Positions 43,308 to 52,498 of a stretch of 58,458 nt of DNA are shown here, one piece after another. A model generated the notes under the pieces. The model was not told the DNA's origin. It worked only from the letters and a program-made list of their open reading frames with translations, and ran no database searches. A program made the translations under genes and the position numbers. This DNA is from Ignavibacteria bacterium UBA6906 (lineage in GTDB: Bacteria > Bacteroidota > Ignavibacteria > UBA10030 > UBA6906), in the NCBI GenBank assembly GCA_002451155.1, contig DKBG01000127.1:14924-73381 (forward strand), written 5' to 3'. The stretch's first letter is position 1, and each line of letters starts with the position of its first letter.

Positions 43308-43562
43308 ATGGCTCAGCACCAATCCGCAGAAAAGCGCGCGCGCACAACGAAGCGGCGTGCGGCACAGAACGCGCAGTGGAAGTCGCGTCTGCGGAGTGCT
43401 ATCAAGAGAGTTCGCGCGGCAAAAGAGAAGAAGGTGGCTGTGGCCGAGCTCCAGAAGACCGTCAAGCTCTTAGATCAGCTTGCCGCGAAGGGCGTCATCC
43501 ACCGCAACAAAGCCGCCAACCAGAAATCGGCACTTACAAAGTTCGTCAATTCCATCACGTGA
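43308..43562 (+). CDS. rpsT: 30S ribosomal protein S20
   Basis: The start is set at ATG 43308. MAQHQSAEKRARTTKRRAAQNAQWKSRLRSAIKRV...AAKGVIHRNKAANQKSAL. Confidence 0.92.
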   Translation: MAQHQSAEKRARTTKRRAAQNAQWKSRLRSAIKRVRAAKEKKVAVAELQKTVKLLDQLAAKGVIHRNKAANQKSALTKFVNSIT

Positions 43563-43568
43563 CGCTGT

Positions 43569-43597
43569 AGCCTCTTTACTCCTGGAGAGGCTTTTCT
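43569..43597 (+). terminator. Candidate intrinsic terminator of rpsT
   Basis: 7-bp stem AGCCTCT / AGAGGCT with a 10-nt loop, followed by TTTCT. It overlaps the stop codon of the convergent TPR gene. Confidence 0.45.
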
Positions 43598-44250
43598 GTG
43601 TCAGACGCCGCCGCCAGGCTTTCGAGCACCGCTATTCGCTTCCGGAACCGATCAGCATCATCCGGTCGGCGATCGAGAAGTTTCCTGTACGCGTTCACTG
43701 CCTCCTCATACTGCCCCTGGGCTGCATAAATTTCCGCTAGCGTCACCGTCACAATCTCCGCGGACGATCCGGGTTCGCCCGGTATCTCCCCTGTGGTCTC
43801 GTCGTCACCCGAGTCATCGCGCGGAGCCCGAGACGCTATCCGGTTCTGCAACGCGCGCGCGGAACCCGCTCCCGCTTCTCCGGTGAACTCCTCAAACGTT
43901 CTTCGCGCCGGACCGATGGAGAGAATCTGCGCCTGTTGTTCCGCGAACCTGTCGAACTCCTCACGCTCCCGCTGTTCTACCCGCGCAACAGCTTCCTGTA
44001 GGACCCGGGAATCCGGCAGCCCGGCCAATGCCCAGCGGTACTCCAGCAGCGCTTCCGCGGTCCGCCCCAGCTCCTCGTGACATCTGCCCAGCACCAGCGC
44101 CGCCGTTGCATACCAGGGATACCGCTCTCTCCCCTTGTAGCAGAGTCTCAGGGCCTCCGTAATCTCCCCACGCTGCAAACACTCGGCGGCCTCCCGCGCA
44201 AACGCCGGAGAAACCCGGTGCTCAGAATCCGGTACGAACTGGGGATTCAT
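43576..44250 (-). CDS. TPR-repeat protein
   Basis: 224 aa. TPR-like helices at both ends (EALRLCYKGRERYPWYATAALVLGRCHEELG...; AEIYAAQGQYEEAVNAYRKLL) with an acidic linker between them. Confidence 0.7.
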   Translation of the reverse strand: MNPQFVPDSEHRVSPAFAREAAECLQRGEITEALRLCYKGRERYPWYATAALVLGRCHEELGRTAEALLEYRWALAGLPDSRVLQEAVARVEQREREEFDRFAEQQAQILSIGPARRTFEEFTGEAGAGSARALQNRIASRAPRDDSGDDETTGEIPGEPGSSAEIVTVTLAEIYAAQGQYEEAVNAYRKLLDRRPDDADRFRKRIAVLESLAAASDTEKPLQE

Positions 44251-44268
44251 AAAGTGGACGATGCCCTG

Positions 44269-45741
44269 TTACTTTCCATCTGCAAGATGACGGGCCAGGA
44301 ACGCGTGTTTAATCGACAGTACTGACACTAACGTGAAGCCCGAGAAGAAGAGGAGTTGAAACGGTACTGCCGCAAGTTCAAGAAAATAGAGCGAAGAGAC
44401 AACCCCGAAAAAGCAATATACTGCAAGCGCGATTTCCACGATGACGGTCCCGCTCAGCTTCACGGGCGCATAGCGTTTATCCTGCCAGGAATCCTGTTTC
44501 GTCTGAATACGGTATTTCGGGGTTCGGACGAACTCCGTGTTTCTTTTGATGAGACCTTCCAATACCGCACGGCTGTTATTCACCGCAAATCCCATACTTC
44601 CCGCCATAAAGACCGGAAAGAGAAAAATGCGGCGGCGCCAATCCTGGTATACATCTCGTTGTGAAAACAGGTAAAAGAGAAAGGATCCGATGAACGCAAA
44701 GACGAAAACGGACATGAACGCAAAATAGTTGTCGTATAACCCCGAATGCTTGATGAACACAAGGGGAACGTTCAACACACCGGCCAGAATGATGAACGGA
44801 AACACAAGGTTGTTTGTAAGGTGAAACGTCGCATGAATCTTGATTTTCAGGGGAAGTCTGGATTTCCACACCTCGGGGAGAATCTTTCGAGCCGTCTCAA
44901 TAGCTCCTTTGGTCCAGCGGAATTGCTGCGACTTCAGCGCGTTGATCTCCGAGGGAAGTTCCGCAGGCGACGTCACATCATTGAGATACATGAACTTCCA
45001 TCCCCGCAACTGAGCGCGATAGCTCAAATCAAGATCCTCCGTCAGCGTATCTGCCTGCCAGTTACCGGCATCGACGATACACTCTTTTCGCCAGACACCG
45101 GCGGTCCCATTGAAGTTTATGAAAAAGCCGACCTTGTTACGAACGGCCTGCTCAATCACAAAATGCCCGTCCAGCGCCATCGCCTGCGTTCGGGTCAGCA
45201 TCGAATAATCAGCGTTCAGATGTTCCCAGCGCGTTTGCACCATGCCGATCCGGGTATCTGCAACAAAGTACGGAATTGTTTTCAGAAGGAAGTCGGGCCG
45301 GGGAACGAAATCGGCGTCAAAAATCGCGACATATTCGCCCCGCGCGGTGCTCAACCCTGTCTTGAGCGCTCCCGCTTTGTAGCCCGCCCTGTTGTCACGG
45401 CGGATGTGCTTGATATCGAATCCCTGTTTCCGATACCGCTCCACGTATTCCGTCACAATACTGACGGTCCCATCCGTAGAGTCGTCGAGTACTTGAATCT
45501 CGAGCTTTTCCTTTGGATACACTATCCCGCACGAGGCATCAATCAATCGGCCAACGACGTACAGTTCATTGTACACCGGAAGCTGGACTGTAACCAAGGG
45601 GTATGAGGCAATCGGTCCGGGAGGGGCGTGTTTTCTGGCCCGGAATTTCAGGTAGTAGTAAATCATGATAAACCCGTGAGAGCCGAACACGAAAAGAATG
45701 CTCAGCGAGAAGATATACGCAAGGAGAACGACCTGTTCCAT
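44269..45741 (-). CDS. Membrane-embedded processive-type GT2 (cellulose synthase / NodC / MGlcDG synthase-like)
   Basis: 490 aa. N-terminal TM helices, DDSTDGT, FDADF, TEDLDLS, QQFRWTKGA (QxxRW), and four C-terminal TM helices. Confidence 0.85.
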   Translation of the reverse strand: MEQVVLLAYIFSLSILFVFGSHGFIMIYYYLKFRARKHAPPGPIASYPLVTVQLPVYNELYVVGRLIDASCGIVYPKEKLEIQVLDDSTDGTVSIVTEYVERYRKQGFDIKHIRRDNRAGYKAGALKTGLSTARGEYVAIFDADFVPRPDFLLKTIPYFVADTRIGMVQTRWEHLNADYSMLTRTQAMALDGHFVIEQAVRNKVGFFINFNGTAGVWRKECIVDAGNWQADTLTEDLDLSYRAQLRGWKFMYLNDVTSPAELPSEINALKSQQFRWTKGAIETARKILPEVWKSRLPLKIKIHATFHLTNNLVFPFIILAGVLNVPLVFIKHSGLYDNYFAFMSVFVFAFIGSFLFYLFSQRDVYQDWRRRIFLFPVFMAGSMGFAVNNSRAVLEGLIKRNTEFVRTPKYRIQTKQDSWQDKRYAPVKLSGTVIVEIALAVYCFFGVVSSLYFLELAAVPFQLLFFSGFTLVSVLSIKHAFLARHLADGK

Positions 45742-45776
45742 GGCACTCTGTCTGTCTGTGATACCGAAGACATGAA

Positions 45777-45792
45777 TTCAATTACACCGCCA
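45777..45792 (-). promoter_or_regulatory. Weak sigma54-like -24/-12 motif upstream of the membrane GT2
   Basis: The minus strand reads TGGCGGTGTAATTGAA, compared with the consensus TGGCACGnnnnTTGCW. The GG and TTG are correctly spaced, but the -12 C is replaced by A. It lies in the 62-nt lptE-GT2 gap, and the -12 element is about 36 nt upstream of the ATG. Confidence 0.22.
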
Positions 45793-45803
45793 CCGGGGCC
45801 CTG

Positions 45804-46307
45804 TCACCAGCCCGAGACGGTCTCCAGCAATACATCCGAGGTCAGTTTTCGGACCGCTTCTTGCAGTCCTGTCTGCCGCTGAGAGAGACCCTGACCTGAG
45901 TCGTAATCCCCCCAGTTCGAAAACGTCTTTTCCCACACCACTTTCCGAAGCTTCATATCACGGTACACGAACCGACCGTATACCGTGATTCTCCGCTGCC
46001 GGACCTGTTCTCCCTGCCCGACAGAGGAGGGCGCGTCCGTCACTCGTGTAATGACACCTTCGAGAATCGAGTCGGAGGTGGTTCGGTCTGTCACCTGCAG
46101 ACTGTTATCCGCAATAAACTGAGTCGTGAGTTCTGTAGTGCACAGCTCTCTCAGGCCCGGTTCCCCAAATCCTGATTGATCATCGACGAGCGGGATCGCT
46201 ATTGTCGAAAGGTGTGCCGGAACCGAGGACCCGGTGAAGGAATAGCATCCAGCACCGGTAACTGCGATGACGGCCATGACGGCAACCGGAAGAATTCTGC
46301 TGTTCAT
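45804..46307 (-). CDS. lptE: LptE-like LPS-assembly lipoprotein
   Basis: 167 aa. Lipobox TGAGC, with size and beta-rich pattern typical of FCB LptE. ATGA overlap with the upstream sigma54 activator stop. Confidence 0.62.
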   Translation of the reverse strand: MNSRILPVAVMAVIAVTGAGCYSFTGSSVPAHLSTIAIPLVDDQSGFGEPGLRELCTTELTTQFIADNSLQVTDRTTSDSILEGVITRVTDAPSSVGQGEQVRQRRITVYGRFVYRDMKLRKVVWEKTFSNWGDYDSGQGLSQRQTGLQEAVRKLTSDVLLETVSGW

Positions 46308-47458
46308 CCGAGTCCGTATTCCTTGATTTTCCGGTAGAGAGTTCGCTCACTGATATTCAGCACCCGGGCCGCGATCCGCCGATTGCCCTTATACCGTTCC
46401 AGGGCCTCCTCGATCATCATGCGCTCCATCGCCTGCAGAGATAGCCCATTCTCGAGGGAGGCTGTCCGTGCCGACACTGAGACCGGAGATGCGGCCCGGG
46501 AAGACTCCAGGTCTTGCAGCCGGTCACTCAGCATGTTCCTCAGGTCCAGGATATTCCCTTTGATATCCAACAATGCCCGCAGAATCAGTTCCCGCTCCGC
46601 CTGTTCAACGCTTTTTCCAAGCGGGACCGGAAGGGCTCGTTCCTCCCTCCCGATACTGTGTCCCCTCAGAAACTTCTCCAGGTCTCCGACATCAATGCGC
46701 GCCCCCTTGGTGAGGACCAGCATGCTTTCCACCACATTCCGCAGCTCCCGAACGTTTCCCGGCCAGCCATAGTCTTTCAGCACTTCCATGGCGTCGGGGG
46801 TTATTCCTCCGAATTTGATGTTATCCCTTTTCGAGATCTCATCAACAAAATGGGTGAAGAGGAGCGGGATGTCCTCCGGTCGCTGCCGAAGCGGAGGCAC
46901 GAAGATATTCACAGAGCGGAGTCTGTAGAACAAATCGGGGCGGAAGTGTTTTTGTCGGACCTCATGTTCCAGATCCTTGTTGGTCGCCGCAATGACCCGA
47001 ACATCCACCTTGCGGGTGGTGGCGGACCCGACCCGCTGGTATTCACCGTTTTCCAGGATTCGCAGGAACTTCACCTGCGCCGACAGGGGAAGCTCGCCGA
47101 TCTCATCAAGGAAGATCGTTCCCCCATCTGCCATTTCAAAATACCCTTTTCGTTGCTCCGACGCCCCGGTGAACGATCCGCGTTCATGGCCGAAGAGCTC
47201 GCTCTCAAGAATTCCCTCGGGAATCGCCCCCGCATTCACCGCAACCAGCGGATGCTTGCGTCGCTCACTGCCGGCGTGAAGCGCCCTGGCAACTACTTCC
47301 TTCCCTGTTCCACTTTCTCCGGTAATCAGCACAGTGATATCGGTGGGGGCCACCTGTCGAATGACCTCCACAATCTCCTTCATCGCCACCGAGTTGCCGA
47401 TGATGCCGTACTCGGGTGTATGAGGAGCCGGAATAGCTTTCGCAGCTGATGTTCGCAT
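46304..47458 (-). CDS. Sigma54-dependent transcriptional activator without an N-terminal sensory domain (AAA+ plus Fis-type HTH)
   Basis: 384 aa. Walker A GESGTGKEV, sigma54-contact loop GSFTGA (GAFTGA variant), Walker B FLDEIGEL, WPGNVRELRNVVE. C-terminal HTH RIAARVLNISERTLYRKIKEYG. The AAA+ domain starts about residue 17. Confidence 0.9.
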   Translation of the reverse strand: MRTSAAKAIPAPHTPEYGIIGNSVAMKEIVEVIRQVAPTDITVLITGESGTGKEVVARALHAGSERRKHPLVAVNAGAIPEGILESELFGHERGSFTGASEQRKGYFEMADGGTIFLDEIGELPLSAQVKFLRILENGEYQRVGSATTRKVDVRVIAATNKDLEHEVRQKHFRPDLFYRLRSVNIFVPPLRQRPEDIPLLFTHFVDEISKRDNIKFGGITPDAMEVLKDYGWPGNVRELRNVVESMLVLTKGARIDVGDLEKFLRGHSIGREERALPVPLGKSVEQAERELILRALLDIKGNILDLRNMLSDRLQDLESSRAASPVSVSARTASLENGLSLQAMERMMIEEALERYKGNRRIAARVLNISERTLYRKIKEYGLG

Positions 47459-47459
47459 G

Positions 47460-48215
47460 CTATCGTGACACTACCATACAATCCACATTCTGTTCTTTCT
47501 TAATCTGTCCGGCTTTCGCCTTCGCCTCCTCATAGGTCGCAAACGATCCCACGAGGACGACATACAGGGTCCTGGTATCCCGGACTTTGGTGATCAACTC
47601 CACGGAATAGCCGAGCCGTTCGAACGTCTGCTTCTGCCTTTCCGCATTGGCCGGTGTACTGAATGCACCCACCTGCAATGTGAAACCGGTGGGTACATTT
47701 CCCCTTGTTGCGGGCGGTTCATCAGCGTTTACGGTGTCCTTCTCCACAGCGACCTCGATTCCGCCCTGGTCTTGCTTGGGGGTCGCCGGTTCTGCTTCTT
47801 CCGGCAGAGTCTTGGACTCCGTGCGGCCTGAACTTGCGAGGTATGGAGATGCCGGGTAGTCGGTTTCCAACTGCTTCAGTTTCAGCTCCGCAGTTCTGTA
47901 GAGACCCAGGGCGTAATAGAACTGGTACAACTTGTACAGCGCGGCATCCGCGTATTTCGATTTGGGGAAATTATCCACAATACTCTGATAAATGCGTGCG
48001 CTTTCAGCGCCATCTTTCGTTACCAGCGCCTGCACGTACAGAACCCCGGGATCGTTTGGATGATTCGCGAGGAGCGTGGGAATCTCCTTGCGAACCTCAT
48101 CCACCTCACCGTTTTTCACCATTGACAGATATTTCTGAACATCCGTCTCCTGCCCACGGCAAGCAATATGCATCACCGCCACAACGATCATGAGCGCGAC
48201 ACCCCGTCTCATCAT
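47460..48215 (-). CDS. TPR plus SPOR domain protein (peptidoglycan-binding)
   Basis: 251 aa. Signal peptide, YbgF-like TPR segment, and a C-terminal SPOR domain (FTLQVGAFSTPANAERQKQTFERLGYSVELI...YVVLVGSFATYEEAKA). Confidence 0.75.
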   Translation of the reverse strand: MMRRGVALMIVVAVMHIACRGQETDVQKYLSMVKNGEVDEVRKEIPTLLANHPNDPGVLYVQALVTKDGAESARIYQSIVDNFPKSKYADAALYKLYQFYYALGLYRTAELKLKQLETDYPASPYLASSGRTESKTLPEEAEPATPKQDQGGIEVAVEKDTVNADEPPATRGNVPTGFTLQVGAFSTPANAERQKQTFERLGYSVELITKVRDTRTLYVVLVGSFATYEEAKAKAGQIKKEQNVDCMVVSR

Positions 48216-49531
48216 GGCCGAGCCTCCCCGATCCGTCGTCCAAACAGGGTAGCAGAATTCGCCCGTTCGATCCTGATGTCAACATAGTCACCCCGCCCTT
48301 CGTGGGTCCGGGGAAAAACCACGGTCCGGTTTCTGTCGGTACGTCCGGTATAGTCAGTCTCCGTTTTCTTGCTCGGCCCTTCCACGAGAACTCGTTCTAC
48401 CGTCCCGATGAGATTTCTGTTTTGCTTCAGGGTTGTGGCATGCTGCAATTCAGCGATTTGCATAACCCGCATACCTTTTTCCTCTTCGGGAACATCGTCG
48501 ACCATCGCCCATGCTTTGGTGTTCTCCCTGGGGGAGTACTTGAACGTATAGGCCCCGTCAAATTCAATCTCCCGGAGGAGATCCATTGTCATCTCATGGT
48601 CGACCGGCGCCTCGCTCGGGAAACCTGAAATGATATCCGTGGTGAGGCTGACCTCCGGCATCGCGGAGCGGATCCGACGAACAAGACGGCGATACTGGTC
48701 TACAGAATAGGTCCGATTCATACGACCCAGAATCCGGTCGGATCCGGATTGGACTGGAAGGTGAACATGCTTACAGATATTCTCCGTTGTGGCGATGACT
48801 TCAATCAGCTTCACCGACATATCTTCGGGGTGCGACGTTGTAAACCTCACGCGCAGCGAGCGGTCAACCGCCGCCACATCCCGCATGAGATCGGCGAAGT
48901 CCTCATCCCCATCGCGGTACGAGTTCACGTTCTGGCCGAGAAGGGTAACCTCTTTGTATCCCCGGTCAGCAAGGCGCGCCACCTCGTCCACCAGACTCCT
49001 GCGCGGACGGCTCCGTTCCCGCCCGCGCGTGAACGGCACAACGCAGAATGTGCAAAATTTGTCGCAGCCCCGCATGACTGAGACCCATGCCAGGATTCCC
49101 TCGGTCCGGAGCGGCTCAATGTCGTCATAGTGCTCAACGCGGGAGAGGCGGACGGCGACGCCCTTTTCCCCTTCCAGGGCCCGGCTGAGAAGTGCAGGAA
49201 GCTTCCGGTACTCGTCCGGTCCAACGACAAGGTCAACGAGCTTTTCCCGGTCAACAAGGTTGGTCCTGAGCCGTTCCGCCATACACCCGAGGACGCCGAT
49301 GACAAGGGCTGGATTCTTCTTCTTTTGCCTGTTGAAAAGCCCGAGCCGTCCATACACCCGCTGCTCGGCGTTTTCCCTGATCGCACAGGTATTCACCAGC
49401 ACAATGTCTGCATCACCGAGATTCCCTGTGAAGCCATAGCCGTGGTCGCGCAGAATGCCTCCGACAAGCTCGGAGTCTGCCACGTTCATCTGGCATCCAT
49501 AGGTTTCAACGTAAACTTGCTTAAATGACAT
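48212..49531 (-). CDS. miaB: tRNA-i6A37 methylthiotransferase
   Basis: The start is set at ATG 49529-49531 (MSFKQVYVETYGCQMNVADSE). Radical-SAM CDKFCTFCVVP and a TRAM C-terminus. The TTG-initiated track ORF (to 49585) would include the promoter. Confidence 0.92.
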   Translation of the reverse strand: MSFKQVYVETYGCQMNVADSELVGGILRDHGYGFTGNLGDADIVLVNTCAIRENAEQRVYGRLGLFNRQKKKNPALVIGVLGCMAERLRTNLVDREKLVDLVVGPDEYRKLPALLSRALEGEKGVAVRLSRVEHYDDIEPLRTEGILAWVSVMRGCDKFCTFCVVPFTRGRERSRPRRSLVDEVARLADRGYKEVTLLGQNVNSYRDGDEDFADLMRDVAAVDRSLRVRFTTSHPEDMSVKLIEVIATTENICKHVHLPVQSGSDRILGRMNRTYSVDQYRRLVRRIRSAMPEVSLTTDIISGFPSEAPVDHEMTMDLLREIEFDGAYTFKYSPRENTKAWAMVDDVPEEEKGMRVMQIAELQHATTLKQNRNLIGTVERVLVEGPSKKTETDYTGRTDRNRTVVFPRTHEGRGDYVDIRIERANSATLFGRRIGEARP

Positions 49532-49556
49532 AATCTGGGAGGTTGTTGGCGAGAAG

Positions 49557-49585
49557 AATCTATCCAAGGTATGACAATTAATCAA
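49557..49585 (-). promoter_or_regulatory. Candidate sigma70 promoter of the miaB operon
   Basis: The minus strand reads TTGATT-N17-TAGATT, about 25 nt upstream of the miaB ATG, in an AT-rich gap. Confidence 0.4.
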
Positions 49586-49699
49586 ATTGCTGAGATTAGA
49601 AATTGATTAATTCTTTTTAATTTTGCCGGTTTTTTTGTCCAAAACGAGCTTAGAATGACAAATCGGCAGAAAGCTTTTTTAACCTAAGTTGAACGCGCG

Positions 49700-49728
49700 T
49701 TGGATGTGCAATCGCGCTTCCGTATTTT
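49700..49728 (+). promoter_or_regulatory. Candidate sigma70 promoter of pta
   Basis: TTGGAT-N17-TATTTT, about 35 nt upstream of ATG 49764. Confidence 0.33.
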
Positions 49729-49763
49729 TCGCCTGCGGCTGGACTCTTCTGCCGAGACATTGA

Positions 49764-50795
49764 ATGAATCCCACTGAACCACATCCTGACGATATGGACC
49801 TCACGCACATGAAACCATCGGATTTTCTCTTGCACACGCTCGAAAGAGCACGCCAGCTTCACAAGACCATAGTGTTCCCGGACGCCACGGACCATCGGGC
49901 AATACAGGCCTCACGCATCCTACAGGACCGGCAGATTCTCACGCCGATCCTTGTGGGAGACAGAGGGGCTATTGTCACAGAATCGGAGAAGCGGGGAATC
50001 TCCCTTGACGGAATCAGGATTGTCGATCCTGCCGGTTCGGATACGCTGACCAATTTTGCTCATTCGTTTGTCGAGCTGCGGAAGGCGAAGGGGATCAGCC
50101 TCGCGGAGGCCCTCACAACAATGAAACAGCCCCTCTATTACGCTGCCATGATGGTACGGCAGGGGATGGCTGACGGAAGTGTCGCGGGTTCACGTTCGAC
50201 CACTGGGGATGTCCTGCGGGCCGCGATCCAGACGCTCGGGCTTGCCGATGGAATCGGTATTGTCTCAAGCTTCTTTCTGATGGTGTTTCCGGATCGTCTG
50301 TACTCGTTCGCAGACTGTGCCGTCGTCCCCGATCCTACTCCCGAGCAGCTCGCGGACATCGCCATCTCGACAGCCGACAATCATCGGCGTCTGGTGGGGG
50401 AGGAACCACGCGTCGCTCTGCTCTCCTTTTCCACTAAAGGAAGCGCACGCCACCCTCTTGTCGAAAAAGTCCAGCTTGCCACAGCGCTTCTTCAGCAGAA
50501 GCGACCGGGTCTCTGTGCAGACGGCGAAGTACAGCTCGATACGGCAATTGTGCCGGCTGTTGGCGCTTCAAAGGCGCCGGGGAGTCCCCTGGAGGGGAGG
50601 GCCAACGTACTGATCTTCCCCGACCTGAACGCCGGAAACATCGGATACAAGCTTGCCCAGCGGCTGGCCGGGGCGGAGGCTATCGGGCCGATCGTGCAGG
50701 GGCTGCGCAAACCAGCGTTTGATCTCTCCCGCGGTTGCAGTGTCGAGGACATTGTTCACGTCGCAGCCATCAACGCCGTCGTTGGGGTGGACTAG
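49764..50795 (+). CDS. pta: Phosphate acetyltransferase (short form)
   Basis: 343 aa. PTA_PTB motifs: [67 protein letters not shown]. Confidence 0.88.
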   Translation: MNPTEPHPDDMDLTHMKPSDFLLHTLERARQLHKTIVFPDATDHRAIQASRILQDRQILTPILVGDRGAIVTESEKRGISLDGIRIVDPAGSDTLTNFAHSFVELRKAKGISLAEALTTMKQPLYYAAMMVRQGMADGSVAGSRSTTGDVLRAAIQTLGLADGIGIVSSFFLMVFPDRLYSFADCAVVPDPTPEQLADIAISTADNHRRLVGEEPRVALLSFSTKGSARHPLVEKVQLATALLQQKRPGLCADGEVQLDTAIVPAVGASKAPGSPLEGRANVLIFPDLNAGNIGYKLAQRLAGAEAIGPIVQGLRKPAFDLSRGCSVEDIVHVAAINAVVGVD

Positions 50796-50825
50796 CAACA
50801 AGGATGTGAAGTGGGAGACGCCATG

Positions 50826-50849
50826 AGGGCTCTGTTTCGGCAGAGCCTT
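50826..50849. terminator. Candidate terminator between convergent pta and the metal ABC operon
   Basis: 7-bp stem GGCTCTG / CAGAGCC (extendable by A-T and G-T pairs) with loop TTTCGG, followed by CATAGTTTTCC on the + strand. Confidence 0.38.
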
Positions 50850-50897
50850 CATAGTTTTCCCGGCAGGAGGTCGTCGTGCTGATCCGCTGACAGCCTT

Positions 50898-51719
50898 CTA
50901 TCTGGTTCGCACAAGATTGGCCACCCAGGCGAATGCGAGGATGAGAAACGAAACGGCCACTATCGCCGGTGAGGAGGGAACATCAAAATGGAACGCCAGA
51001 ATCAGCCCAATCACCGGACTTACCACTCCGATAATCACAGAAAGAAGGAAGATCATTTTTACGCTCCGCATAAGCAGCATCGCCGCGACAGGTGGCAGCA
51101 CCAGGAACCCAAAGACCAGGAGGTCCCCCACCATGTGAGTAGCAACGGCAATTGCCCCACCTGCAAGGAGATAGAAGGCCAGATCCCATGCCCTGGAATG
51201 GAACCCCTGGGTCGCGGCGGTTTCGGAGTCAAAGGCAACATAGGCGAACTCCTTAAAGAAGAGGAGGTTAGCGCCCAGGACGATGACGAACGCTCCTACC
51301 ATCACATAGAAGAGATCCGGCGTAACGAAAAGGATATCCCCCCGGAGAAGATTTTCTACCTCCGCGACATCCACCCTGGCAGCCTTCTGCATAAACAGGA
51401 TCCGGAACGCCACGGATGACGCAAACACCACGCCCAGCACAGCGTCACGGGGTATCTTCTTTCCCGTCAGCAATTGTGAAAGGATCATCACCGTCACAAG
51501 CGTGACCAGGAGAGACCCGATTGTATGGGGAAGCGGAAAGAACGGAAGGAACGTCAGCGTCAGACCGAGAACGGACACCTGTGTCAAAACTGCGCCGAGA
51601 AACACCACCCTCTTCGCCACAATGGTGACTCCGACAAACGCACACAACATACCCACCATCATACTGCCAAAGAATGCGAAGGGAAATTCCCGGACGAGAA
51701 GAACGACGATCTCAATCAT
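50898..51719 (-). CDS. Metal (Zn/Mn) ABC transporter permease, ZnuB/TroD-like
   Basis: 273 aa, about 8 TM helices. Typical ABC-3 family features: FAFFGSMMVG, DAVLGVVFASSVA. 8-nt overlap with the upstream ATPase gene. Confidence 0.88.
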   Translation of the reverse strand: MIEIVVLLVREFPFAFFGSMMVGMLCAFVGVTIVAKRVVFLGAVLTQVSVLGLTLTFLPFFPLPHTIGSLLVTLVTVMILSQLLTGKKIPRDAVLGVVFASSVAFRILFMQKAARVDVAEVENLLRGDILFVTPDLFYVMVGAFVIVLGANLLFFKEFAYVAFDSETAATQGFHSRAWDLAFYLLAGGAIAVATHMVGDLLVFGFLVLPPVAAMLLMRSVKMIFLLSVIIGVVSPVIGLILAFHFDVPSSPAIVAVSFLILAFAWVANLVRTR

Positions 51720-52485
51720 GTTCTTTCCCTCCTCCGGAAAGGATTACCGTTCTTCCCCGGACCTTCGTCACCTCTACGGGCATGCCGTACATGGAGGAGA
51801 GGTTTGCGTCCGTCAGAATTTCTTCGACGTTCCCGATCTGAAACAATCCGGGTTCGACCACGGCGAGCCGCTTCACATGGTTTGCCACGTCATCGAGCAA
51901 GTGACTGACCATAATGACGGTCAACGACGTCTCCCGGTGCAGCCGGCTGATGAGATCGAGGATGGCCAGTCGGGAGGAGAGATCCATGCCGTTTGTCGGC
52001 TCATCCAATACGAGCAGGTCGGGGTGCATTGCCAGGGCGCGAGCGATGAGCACCCGTTGTTTCTGTCCGCCCGACAGATCCTTGAATGGAAATCCGCGCA
52101 GGTTCAGCGCGTCCACATGATCAAGACTTTTCCCGACGATCGCTTGATCCCCCGATCCCGGACGCCTGATCAAGCCAAGACTTCGGTACCTGCCCATCAT
52201 AACAACTTCCTCGGCCGAGTAGGGAAGGACGGCATCAAGCGTTTCTCGCTGCGGGACATACCCGAATCGAGGAAGAGATCCCCGAAGGCTGCCCAACCGT
52301 ATTTGTCCTTGGAGGGGGGAAATCGTTCCCAGGATGGCGCGAAGGATGGTGGTCTTACCAGCGCCGTTCGGACCGACAAGGCCGAGATACTCTCCCTGGC
52401 AAATCGTAAATGTTATACCCTGCTGGATCACTCTCTTTCCGTAACCGAGAGCGACGTTATCGAATTCTATGAGAGGCTGTTGCAT
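51712..52485 (-). CDS. Metal ABC transporter ATP-binding protein, ZnuC-like
   Basis: 257 aa. Walker A GPNGAGKTT, signature LSGGQKQRV, Walker B LLVLDEPT. Confidence 0.9.
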   Translation of the reverse strand: MQQPLIEFDNVALGYGKRVIQQGITFTICQGEYLGLVGPNGAGKTTILRAILGTISPLQGQIRLGSLRGSLPRFGYVPQRETLDAVLPYSAEEVVMMGRYRSLGLIRRPGSGDQAIVGKSLDHVDALNLRGFPFKDLSGGQKQRVLIARALAMHPDLLVLDEPTNGMDLSSRLAILDLISRLHRETSLTVIMVSHLLDDVANHVKRLAVVEPGLFQIGNVEEILTDANLSSMYGMPVEVTKVRGRTVILSGGGKEHD

Positions 52486-52498
52486 ACCCCTTTCCCGG

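Noticed and set aside
49618-49625. TAATTTTG matches the Bacteroidetes-type -7 promoter motif TAnnTTTG.
   Set aside because: Every well-positioned promoter match in this window is of the canonical TTGACA-N17-TATAAT type. This single motif is about 140 nt from pta and has no matching -33 element at the proper distance.
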